A stretch of DNA of 49,110 nt. Origin: an uncultured Spirochaeta sp. (lineage in GTDB: Bacteria; Spirochaetota; Spirochaetia; DTKZ01). Both the position numbers and the translations under genes were made by a program. Where the stretch lies: assembly GCA_937140905.1 (NCBI GenBank), contig CAKZQO010000321.1, positions 1 to 49,110 of the forward strand, given 5' to 3'. The stretch's first letter is position 1. Each line of letters opens with the position of its first letter. The notes below the pieces were generated by a model. That model saw nothing but the letters and a program-made list of their open reading frames with translations, was not told where the DNA came from and ran no database searches. Below are positions 1 through 8,151 of the stretch, in pieces.

Positions 1-516
1 GACCAGAACTGTGTCGCTGATGCCTAACTCTGCCACTCGGACCGCATGGAACCCTACGGAAAAGGGTTCTACCAACGCTGCTTCTTCATGGGAGAGGGTA
101 TCGGGTATGGGGTACAGGATCCGTTCCGGCACCACGATGTATTCCGCAAAAGCACCGTCCAGCTTGTACTCTTCACAGGAAACTCCAAATACCTTTCTAG
201 TATCGCATAGGTTTATCTGTCCGTGCAAACAGTAATCGCATTTTCCACAAAACAGGGTAGAGTTAAAGACGATCCGATCTCCTTTCTTAAAAGAACATAC
301 TTCTGCCCCTACCTCCGCTACCACTCCACTTCCCTCATGCCCCATGATAATGGGAGGGATCCTCCTTCCCGTAGACCCATCCATCCCATGCACATCGCTA
401 CCACAAACACTCACAGCCTTTACCTTGATCAACACCTCGTCAGGAGCTTTGATCTTGGGAGCCGGTACATCCGTATAGACAAGCTTATTATAACCTTCCA
501 AAACCAGCGCTTTCAT
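1..516 (-). CDS. Zn-dependent (MDR family) sugar-alcohol dehydrogenase, 3' end beyond window
   Basis: Not in the ORF track. Manual translation from ATG at 516 gives MKALVLEGYNKLVYTDVPAP...VCGSDVHG...IIMGHEGSG...CGKCDYCLHGQINLC...GAFAEY...EPFSVGFHAV, with the catalytic Zn (CGSD, GHE) and structural Zn (CxxCxxC...C) motifs. SD GAAGGAG lies upstream. Confidence 0.93.
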   Translation of the reverse strand, partial: MKALVLEGYNKLVYTDVPAPKIKAPDEVLIKVKAVSVCGSDVHGMDGSTGRRIPPIIMGHEGSGVVAEVGAEVCSFKKGDRIVFNSTLFCGKCDYCLHGQINLCDTRKVFGVSCEEYKLDGAFAEYIVVPERILYPIPDTLSHEEAALVEPFSVGFHAVRVAELGISDTVLV

Positions 517-530
517 CTTCGTTCTCCTTC

Positions 531-1889
531 TTACAGTTCTCCTTCCTTCTTTCCTTCCGGGTCAATCCATCTTGGATCGATGGTCACTCCGAGGGTTTCG
601 AATCCTAACAATGCAGCGCCCCGTTCCGCTGTTTCACCAATGGGGATGAACTTGTACTCTGCCATCATGCGCTGCTTGAGGGATGTGTATCCTTCGTTGG
701 CTCCACCCCCTACATGGTAGATCCGTTTTTGTAAGGGACAACTTGCCTCCCATTCAGGAAGCACACTGGCAATGAACCGGATGTTATAGTAGCAGAGAGC
801 GTAGAGGAAATCGTCCCGGTTGGAATCGATGGTGATGTTGGAGAAAGAAGCCTTCAAAGGCTCAACCCGATGCCTGTCTCCCGTCAGATACGGTTCGAAC
901 ACAATGGTAGGAGGTTCTGTTCGTTTCAACACTTCCTCGATGTGAACCGAGTAGAAGTGCTCATAGCTGAGATCGGGGTAGAAATTCTTTCGGAACCATT
1001 CGATCGAAGCTCCTCCGGCACCCAGAGTTCGCATCAATAGCCATCGGTTCCGGTACGCGTGAGTCCGAATAAGGAAGTTGGGACTCGTGATGGGCTTATC
1101 CGTACAGAGTACAAGAATCTCTACGGTTCCGGAGGTATTCAAGAGTCTCCCCGGTTCCCGGATCCCAGAACCCGCTACCGCACAGGTTGTGTCGTTTGCC
1201 CCTAGAATGACGGGCAGTCCCGAAGGAAGTCCTAAAGCGTGTGCCGCTTCTGGCAGTAATTTCCCGGCTACCGAGAGAGAATCCCGCACATCCGCAAGAG
1301 AAGATTTTGGGATACCAAGGGTTTCTGTCAACTCCTCACTCCAATCTCCATAGGCAATGGTTTCATAAAGACCAGTGAAGGAAGCGTTGGAAGGATCGAT
1401 AAAAAAGTTTCCTGTAAGCTTTTTTATGAGATAGGTTTCTACATGACCAAATATTGCGTCTCTTGGGAGAGGGATGTTCTCCTTTAGCCACAGCATACTG
1501 GTCACCGACATCCCACCCGGTATGGGAGGATTCCCCGTGATAGAGCGGAAACGTTCCATTCCCACTACTTGCAAAATCCATTCGGCCTGTTTCTGACTTC
1601 GCCTATCCAAATGCAAAATCACTGGATGCAGGGGTTCTCCCTGTCGATCCATCACCACTAAGGAAGGACAGAGAGTAGAAAAAGCGATTCCCTCTATCCC
1701 TTCCAACGGCAACCGACGCGATACTTTCTGCAAGGCCTCCCAAAAAATTGGGGCATCGATTTCAACGCAGTTTCCAGAATGGGTTTTTGGTTGATAGCGT
1801 TCTCTCTCGCGGGCTAGACATTGTAATTTTTCGTTGTAGATCGAAGCTTTCAAGGATTGAGTTCCCACATCTATGGCCATCAATTTCAT
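531..1889 (-). CDS. FGGY-family carbohydrate kinase
   Basis: N-terminal AIDVGTQSLK, LDRRS, IDPSNASFTGLY, GAND, PYLTGDR and GGGA motifs. Confidence 0.9.
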   Translation of the reverse strand: MKLMAIDVGTQSLKASIYNEKLQCLARERERYQPKTHSGNCVEIDAPIFWEALQKVSRRLPLEGIEGIAFSTLCPSLVVMDRQGEPLHPVILHLDRRSQKQAEWILQVVGMERFRSITGNPPIPGGMSVTSMLWLKENIPLPRDAIFGHVETYLIKKLTGNFFIDPSNASFTGLYETIAYGDWSEELTETLGIPKSSLADVRDSLSVAGKLLPEAAHALGLPSGLPVILGANDTTCAVAGSGIREPGRLLNTSGTVEILVLCTDKPITSPNFLIRTHAYRNRWLLMRTLGAGGASIEWFRKNFYPDLSYEHFYSVHIEEVLKRTEPPTIVFEPYLTGDRHRVEPLKASFSNITIDSNRDDFLYALCYYNIRFIASVLPEWEASCPLQKRIYHVGGGANEGYTSLKQRMMAEYKFIPIGETAERGAALLGFETLGVTIDPRWIDPEGKKEGEL

Positions 1890-1973
1890 ACGAGTTGTTT
1901 CCTCTTGATCTGGGTTTTCCCTTGTTTTTTCGAAGCTCCGCCCGTTTTTGACTTTGATACCTGACTTATTATA

Positions 1974-1990
1974 ATATCTACCTCAGATAT
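1974..1990. promoter_or_regulatory. Candidate GntR/FadR operator palindrome ATATCT-N5-AGATAT
   Basis: Perfect 6-bp inverted repeat between the divergent kinase and GntR genes. Confidence 0.45.
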
Positions 1991-2011
1991 CTATAAAAAT
2001 CAAAGGATAGC

Positions 2012-2039
2012 TTGACAGAGCCCAAATCCTGTATATCAT
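2012..2039 (+). promoter_or_regulatory. Sigma70-type promoter TTGACA-16-TATCAT
   Basis: The -10 box ends 6 nt before GTG 2046 and there is no SD. Confidence 0.6.
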
Positions 2040-2045
2040 TGCCTT

Positions 2046-2765
2046 GTGGGGTTGTCAATCGATAAAATAAAGAAATTGGAAAACCGTGATCGGATAAATC
2101 AGATCGTGGAATTCCTCCATTCGCTGATTTTAGACCAGGGGCTTGCGCCGGGCACCGAACTTCCTTCCGAGAAAGAGCTCGCCCAGCGCCTCGGGGTGAG
2201 CCGGTTCAGCCTACGGGAAGCTTTACGGATCGCGGAAACGCAAGGGTTGATCAAGATATCCCAGGGCAAACGCCCTACTGTCGCTACCCCCTCCTCCCAT
2301 ACCATCTCCAATATTCTTCGAATCGCCCTGAAAAGATCCACTAAAAACCTAATCGACCTCGCCATCGCCCGTGCGGGTTTGGAATGCAAGATTGTGCGCA
2401 TAGCAGCGGAAAAAATATCTTCTCAAGACTTGGCGGCATTGGAAGAAAATTTAAAGCTGATGGAGATTCCGAACCGTAAACTGGATTACTACGTTCAAAA
2501 AGATGTGGAATTTCACGAGATCATCCTGAGATCGACGGGTAGTATGGTGTTCGAAATCATGCTTTCCTCTGTCACCCCTCTCCTCTATGAATCCCGAACG
2601 CAAACTCTAGCCACTGGTGGGGTAGAGAGGGCTTTACAGTTACATCGGGAAATCTACGTTGCACTGAAGGATCATGATCCTGATAGAGCAGAGGAGAAGA
2701 TGGAACGTCACATGCAAAATGCAGTGGAAGATATCCTCGCCTCCCACCTACCTGAGGAGAGCTGA
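2046..2765 (+). CDS. GntR family regulator, FadR subfamily (FCD domain)
   Basis: wHTH LPSEKELAQRLGVSRFSLREAL; FCD motifs DVEFHEII and LHREIYVAL...AEEKMERHM. Confidence 0.92.
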   Translation: MGLSIDKIKKLENRDRINQIVEFLHSLILDQGLAPGTELPSEKELAQRLGVSRFSLREALRIAETQGLIKISQGKRPTVATPSSHTISNILRIALKRSTKNLIDLAIARAGLECKIVRIAAEKISSQDLAALEENLKLMEIPNRKLDYYVQKDVEFHEIILRSTGSMVFEIMLSSVTPLLYESRTQTLATGGVERALQLHREIYVALKDHDPDRAEEKMERHMQNAVEDILASHLPEES

Positions 2766-2816
2766 AGCACAATATAGTTCCTTTGAGGTGTTGCCTTTCA
2801 TGCGGACCCCCCGCTC

Positions 2817-3572
2817 CTATTCCAGAACCCGTACATAGAGGCAGGAAATATTGTCTACGCCTCCCACGTCCAGACCCGCCTTCAATAGATAGGGAACAGG
2901 ATTTTCCGGATACTGTATCAAGAGGTCCTCTATTCGACGATGGGAAACATAGTCATGTAGACCATCGCTGGTAAGGAGAAAGGCATCCCGTTCGGGTTGA
3001 ACAGAGGGAAGGACGCCCACGTCACAGTACACAGCTTCGCTACCGCCTCCAAAACAGTTAGCTAAAATATTGGGTGGGATCCGCTGGTCTCCCGAGAGTT
3101 CCCTCAAGGTATGATCCCTCGACACTTGACTGAGATTGTTATCTCGAAATCTATACAGACGAGTATCACCCACATGAACCCAGTACCAGGAACCTTGAAA
3201 GATCAGTACCCCGGTAAGAGTCGTACCCATGCCCGAAAGGGACGGATCCTTATATCCCATTCGGTGAAGGGTTTCCTGTGTTTTTTTTGTTAGTTCCCTG
3301 AATAGCCGTTCGATATCGCTAGGCGGCGTATCAGTTCGCAGAGCAGATAGCCCTTCCCGAAATACTTGTACGGCCACTTCACTAGCCACTTCACCCGCTG
3401 CTGCGCCCCCTAAACCATCTGCCACTGCAAAGAACAGCGGTGTTTCCGGACGTACCAATATCTCGTGCGCCGCCTCATCATCCCTAAGAGTGCGAAGGCC
3501 GGTAAAAACAAAATCCTCGTTTCTATCCCTTTTATAGCCCACGTGCGAGACGGACTGGATCTGTAACCTCAT
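2817..3572 (-). CDS. PP2C/PPM-family Ser/Thr protein phosphatase
   Basis: SHVG..RDRNED, AVADGLGG, MGTTLT, HVGDTRLY, LLTSDGL and GGVDNIS motifs. Confidence 0.93.
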   Translation of the reverse strand: MRLQIQSVSHVGYKRDRNEDFVFTGLRTLRDDEAAHEILVRPETPLFFAVADGLGGAAAGEVASEVAVQVFREGLSALRTDTPPSDIERLFRELTKKTQETLHRMGYKDPSLSGMGTTLTGVLIFQGSWYWVHVGDTRLYRFRDNNLSQVSRDHTLRELSGDQRIPPNILANCFGGGSEAVYCDVGVLPSVQPERDAFLLTSDGLHDYVSHRRIEDLLIQYPENPVPYLLKAGLDVGGVDNISCLYVRVLE

Positions 3573-3579
3573 GGGGTCT

Positions 3580-3608
3580 AGTGTATTTCACCCGATTACA
3601 GCTTGCAA
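3580..3608 (-). promoter_or_regulatory. Sigma70-type promoter TTGCAA-17-TACACT
   Basis: The -10 box ends 7 nt before ATG 3572 and there is no SD. Confidence 0.55.
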
Positions 3609-3622
3609 GGGGAAGGTAGAGT

Positions 3623-4660
3623 TTAGCCTTCTCTTACTGGTTCCAATAGAATCTTGATCCCCTTCCGGTCTTCGAACTCTTTAAAGGCTCGTTCCCATTC
3701 TGTGAGAGGGTACACAGCCGTAATAAGGGGAGCCAGACGAATCTTACCCTGCGCAACAAGGGATAAACCGCGCTTCCATGCATTCCAGGTATGGGACATG
3801 GAACCCACGATACGAATTTCCCTCGTCACGATGGTATCCAGATCAACAGGCACCTTCTTTCCGAACAAACCGACTTGGGTGAAGGTTCCTCTCTTCTTAA
3901 TGAGAGAAACACCGCTCGTAACCGCTCTCTCGGAGCCCGAACATTCGATCACCACGTCCACACCCCTTCCCTCAGTAAGATCCCCCACTATCCTCGGTAG
4001 ATCTTCCCGTTCCACATTAACTGTATGAGGGATCCCCAACTTCCGGGCTACTTCAAACCTCTCTCGGTCAGCGGTAGTACCCGTCAGGATCACAAGCCCC
4101 CCTTCTGCCATGGCTGCCTGGGCAGCGAGTAAACCCATGGCACCCGGTCCTGTAACTAGCACCACATCTCCTGCTCTTACCTTTGTTTGATCTATCACCG
4201 CGTGCGTGGCGCATACCAGAGGCTCGGCCAAGGCAGCTTCCTGCAGGCTCACTTCGGAAGGAATGGAATACACGTTCTGTTCCTTGCACACGATGTAGCG
4301 GGCAAAGGCACCATCCAGATCTAGCCCCTGAGCCCCCCTCTGTATGCAGATGGCATAATGTCCGGTACGGCAGAGGTAGCAGTCCCCACAGGTACTGCAC
4401 ACATTCTCTGCCACTACCCGATCGCCTACCCTGAACTTAGTTACCTTGGAACCGATCTCTACCACCGTTCCGGAAAACTCATGCCCTATGATGACCGGAG
4501 GATGGGTGGGAAACTCATCCTTCAGGATATGGATATCCGTTCCACAAACCCCACAGTAGGCTACTTCGATCTTTAGTTCATCCTCTCCGCAAACCGGTTC
4601 AGAAACATCCAGGACTTGCAAGTTTCCAGGCCCCCGGGCAGTTTTAACCAGGGCTTTCAC
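3623..4660 (-). CDS. Zn-dependent alcohol/polyol dehydrogenase (MDR)
   Basis: CGVCGTD, GHEFSG, CGDCYLC...C, GPGAMG Rossmann motif; 4-nt overlap with the upstream gene. Confidence 0.93.
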   Translation of the reverse strand: MKALVKTARGPGNLQVLDVSEPVCGEDELKIEVAYCGVCGTDIHILKDEFPTHPPVIIGHEFSGTVVEIGSKVTKFRVGDRVVAENVCSTCGDCYLCRTGHYAICIQRGAQGLDLDGAFARYIVCKEQNVYSIPSEVSLQEAALAEPLVCATHAVIDQTKVRAGDVVLVTGPGAMGLLAAQAAMAEGGLVILTGTTADRERFEVARKLGIPHTVNVEREDLPRIVGDLTEGRGVDVVIECSGSERAVTSGVSLIKKRGTFTQVGLFGKKVPVDLDTIVTREIRIVGSMSHTWNAWKRGLSLVAQGKIRLAPLITAVYPLTEWERAFKEFEDRKGIKILLEPVREG

Positions 4661-5634
4661 AAAACCTCCCGGTTCACAACACTCTTAGGCGTCTGACCTT
4701 CTAACACCATAGCCGCGTAGAGAGCCGCTTTTCTCCGGAGTTCTTCCATAGATTCCTCTGAGTACCACCCGCGATGATCCGAAAGAATCACATTCTCCAG
4801 CTGGCAGAGAGGATAGTTCGATGGAATCGGTTCCTGCTCGTGCACATCGATCCCTGCCCACGCGATTTTACCTGTTTTTAATGCCTCATACAGGGCGCCC
4901 GTGTCCACCAAACCTCCCCGGGATGTATTGATGAACACAGCGGTAGGTTTCATCTTTGCGAATTGTTCCCGACCAAACATATGGTAGGTTTGTTCCATCA
5001 AAGGTGCGTGGACGGAAATATAATCCGATTCTCGTAATAGGGTATCTAGATCCACCTTTCTTGCTCCGTTAGCTTCCACTACCTCTGTGGGCACGAAGGG
5101 ATCATACACTAAAACTTCCTTCAAATCGAACCCTTTTAGCTTCCGGTGCAACACCTTAGGGATATTCCCATACCCTACCAATCCAAAAATTTTGCCCGCA
5201 ATGCGGCGCATCGGGCCCCACTCGCGGGTATCCCATCTACCCGTCCGCACCGCTTTGTCCCGTAAAGGGATTTGTCGTACACACGCCAAAAACAGCGCAA
5301 TGGCCTGATCGGAAACCTCTTCCATGCAGTAATCAGGGACATTCACCACTCGGATCTTTTTCTCTGTCGCTGCCTTTATATCCACGTTATCGTACCCTAC
5401 CCCGTATCGGGAAATAACCCTGCACTTCGAAAGACCTTCTATTACAGTTCGATCTATCTTAGCCAAGTTTACCACGATGGCATCCGCATCCCTGCAGAGC
5501 TGAAGGATCTCTTCCGCCTTTGGGTTTACGGTTCGGAGTTCCATCATCGAGGCTCCAATCCGTTCAAACTCCTTCCTCTCTATCTCGTGATCCGGATACC
5601 GATCATCCACGATTACCGCTTTGAACTTTGCCAT
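4657..5634 (-). CDS. D-isomer-specific 2-hydroxyacid dehydrogenase (CtBP-like)
   Basis: RYGVGYDNVD, NVPDYC, GLVGYGNI, INTSRG, DVHEQEP and SDHRGWYS motifs. Start moved to ATG 5634, which has a GGAGG SD. Confidence 0.92.
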   Translation of the reverse strand: MAKFKAVIVDDRYPDHEIERKEFERIGASMMELRTVNPKAEEILQLCRDADAIVVNLAKIDRTVIEGLSKCRVISRYGVGYDNVDIKAATEKKIRVVNVPDYCMEEVSDQAIALFLACVRQIPLRDKAVRTGRWDTREWGPMRRIAGKIFGLVGYGNIPKVLHRKLKGFDLKEVLVYDPFVPTEVVEANGARKVDLDTLLRESDYISVHAPLMEQTYHMFGREQFAKMKPTAVFINTSRGGLVDTGALYEALKTGKIAWAGIDVHEQEPIPSNYPLCQLENVILSDHRGWYSEESMEELRRKAALYAAMVLEGQTPKSVVNREVL

Positions 5635-5774
5635 GTTCTTCCTCCAAATGTAATATATCACATATCAGCTTATGTCATGCAAGGGGTAATGTTCCACATT
5701 CAACTCCTAACGATCCTTTGGCCGGACAGATAGATCCAACCGTGGACAACCCCTTTTCCTAGTTCGTTTACTTC

Positions 5775-6572
5775 TTAAAAGGCCGACTTCCCCTTTTCCG
5801 GGGAGAGGAGGATCCGTTCCTGTAGGCGTTTCTCGTGCCGGTAAGGTCGGACTTGACAACGGAAGGCCAATCCATCGGGTCTATAGAGGGTTCGTTCGAA
5901 CCAGAGGGGCAGGGAGTTATCCACGTACCCTACGGCCGTGATGAGGAAAGCGGCTCTCCCCTGCTCCACTTCTAGTAACCTCGCTTCCTCTTCTCCTAGG
6001 GTGACCGCCTGGATCGTTTCCTCGGATCCGGTAATGTTCAACTTGTACTTCTGGATGAACAGTTCATAGAGGGACCCTTCCACATGTTCCCTTTCAAGAC
6101 CCGGACAAAACTGAACTCGCACGAACCTCCGTTCCAACACCATGGGGATGTTGTCGGCAAACCGAAGTCTCTTGAGTAGAAGAACCTCTTCTTCCCCTCC
6201 TAGTTCCAAAACCTCCGATACCTCGGCTTCCACTTCCTTACCCAGTAGACGCTTGAACTCTAACACCCTCGAGCTAGGAATCATCCCGGCGGCTTTCGTG
6301 TTAAGAGTGAAACTAGCGATAGAGGGAGTGGGATCCTCTTTCGGTTTAGAACGGACGAAGGTACCCACTCCCTTCTTGAACTGTAGAAGTCCTTCCGCTA
6401 CAAGACTGGATAGAGCTTTGTTAGCCGTTACCCTACTTACATTGTACAACTCACAGATCATGCGCTCCGTCATGAACTTGTCCCCTACCTTATACTTATC
6501 GGAGGCGATGAGTTCACGGAGTATCTTGTTTAGCTGTTGGTAGATAGGATCCGTTACCAGGCCCGTTGCCAT
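5775..6572 (-). CDS. GntR family regulator, HutC subfamily (UTRA domain)
   Basis: PIYQQL, YNVSRVTANKAL, GVGTFV; UTRA motifs LKRLRFADNIPMVLE and SLYELF. Confidence 0.92.
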   Translation of the reverse strand: MATGLVTDPIYQQLNKILRELIASDKYKVGDKFMTERMICELYNVSRVTANKALSSLVAEGLLQFKKGVGTFVRSKPKEDPTPSIASFTLNTKAAGMIPSSRVLEFKRLLGKEVEAEVSEVLELGGEEEVLLLKRLRFADNIPMVLERRFVRVQFCPGLEREHVEGSLYELFIQKYKLNITGSEETIQAVTLGEEEARLLEVEQGRAAFLITAVGYVDNSLPLWFERTLYRPDGLAFRCQVRPYRHEKRLQERILLSPEKGKSAF

Positions 6573-6578
6573 GTGTTC

Positions 6579-6607
6579 ATCATTGCATGTTCACCCCTGC
6601 TTGTCAA
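6579..6607 (-). promoter_or_regulatory. Sigma70-type promoter TTGACA-17-AATGAT (extended TG)
   Basis: The -10 box ends 6 nt before ATG 6572 and there is no SD. Confidence 0.5.
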
Positions 6608-6618
6608 TTAAAGTGTTT

Positions 6619-7998
6619 TTACTTTTGACCCCGGGCCGCGTTGAGAAACCTTCTCTGATAGGAGATTACCAAGTTCGAGCTAGTAAACCGGGCTAGATAC
6701 TCAGGCTCGGCCGTGATGAGAATCCTATCTCCCATATCGGCGAACTCTGGTTCTGTGAGGAGTCGATCGATGTCTGGATAGTTGTAATCTCCCTCCATAC
6801 TGCAGATGATCAATCGAGTATCGGGAAGATTGGCATGGCGTAACAAACGCAGGTTATAACGCACGCCATCCAACCCATCGTACCTCTCCTCCTCCTTAAC
6901 CTGCCGATACTCCAGGATCCTCTCCGCTAGTTTCTTCACTTCCAAAAGATCCATTTCTCGATCTTTAGGAGGTAGGTAATCCTTTTCCACCAAAAAGGTT
7001 CTGAGGGTCTTTAGGTAACTAGGATCCTCAGTGTTTTGGTACAGGGAGAGAAGCTTACGGATTTCAAGGCTTTGATTCTGCCTGTGCCGAATGAAGCTAT
7101 TGATAAAGTACGGCTTGGCCTGTAAGGCGAGGGCGGTCTGGTAGGGTTCGAACATGAGGGTAAAGTTCACCCGATACCCATGCTCCCGCAAGAGAAGGGC
7201 TAAATTATGCCCCCGGAGGAAGTCCTTCGTACTGCCCTCGTTGTACCTCAGGCTGAACTGTTTCGCTCCTTCCAACAACTCGTGATAATTCCTCACGTTG
7301 ATCGGTCCCGTATGGGGTACCTTGATCACCACTCGATAGGGCGAAAGAATTTCCCGAAATCGAGCCGCTTCTTCCAGTAATTTCGATGTATCTTCTTCGT
7401 AAGGATTGTTCAGCTCCACACTAATGTCACATCCCGGCCCTAGGATGTTCCCGATCTCTCTCATTACTTCATCTCGGGTCTTGAACTTTCCTCCCACGTT
7501 AGCTTTGGGATTGTTGATGAACAAGTCATAGATGATGCCAGGGTTACAGGTTAAGTTCGCGATCAATCCTTTTATTTCCGCTACTTCGTAGGGATTTGCG
7601 CTATCAGCAGAGAACAAGAAACGGGTAGGGCGTTTGACTCCATTCTTATCATACGATATATCCCGTACCAAGTCGGCCCGAATCACGCCATCGCGATCTA
7701 GGAGGAATTCGATTCGAAACCCAGGGGGCGTCTCATCCGGTGGGACCTGGAAATAGTCAATGATTTCCCGGAAATTCTTTGTTACTCCCAAGCGCTTTCC
7801 GATAGACCGGATCTGCTGGTACAGAGAAAACGGGATCTCCACATCTTGGACCCGTTTTACGTACTGTTCCTCTTCCGAAACTATCTTCAAACCCTCTCCA
7901 TTGGTAGATTCTTGGAGCAAAGAACGGATAGGAATCCTCAACGAAGGTTCGCCCTGGTTAATAACGAATTTTTGCATACTAGGAGTCTTATCCAACAT
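6619..7998 (-). CDS. Transaldolase/fructose-6-phosphate aldolase family protein with long N-terminal extension
   Basis: ADSAN, LTCNPGII (cf. TTNPS), ISVEL, VIKVP (Schiff-base Lys) and NFTLMF motifs. ATG 7998 has a GGGGAG SD; ATG 8013 is an alternative start. Confidence 0.8.
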   Translation of the reverse strand: MLDKTPSMQKFVINQGEPSLRIPIRSLLQESTNGEGLKIVSEEEQYVKRVQDVEIPFSLYQQIRSIGKRLGVTKNFREIIDYFQVPPDETPPGFRIEFLLDRDGVIRADLVRDISYDKNGVKRPTRFLFSADSANPYEVAEIKGLIANLTCNPGIIYDLFINNPKANVGGKFKTRDEVMREIGNILGPGCDISVELNNPYEEDTSKLLEEAARFREILSPYRVVIKVPHTGPINVRNYHELLEGAKQFSLRYNEGSTKDFLRGHNLALLLREHGYRVNFTLMFEPYQTALALQAKPYFINSFIRHRQNQSLEIRKLLSLYQNTEDPSYLKTLRTFLVEKDYLPPKDREMDLLEVKKLAERILEYRQVKEEERYDGLDGVRYNLRLLRHANLPDTRLIICSMEGDYNYPDIDRLLTEPEFADMGDRILITAEPEYLARFTSSNLVISYQRRFLNAARGQK

Positions 7999-8029
7999 AT
8001 TCTCCCCCTTCATTCCCTTATGACAATTG

Positions 8030-8132
8030 GCCTATACGTCTTGTGGCTAAGCCACCATGTATGTATAAAATATAGACCTGTTCGACCGCTCTGTCAAGGT
8101 ATGGACGAAACATCGTTCCTATCGGTATAAAC
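8030..8132. promoter_or_regulatory. Divergent control region: minus-strand TTGACA-17-TATATT (8097-8069) and four GTnTAnAC-like boxes
   Basis: GCCTATAC at 8030, ATATAGAC at 8070, GTATGGAC at 8099, GTATAAAC at 8125. Confidence 0.5.
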
Positions 8133-8151
8133 AAGTGAGAGAGGTGTTGGA

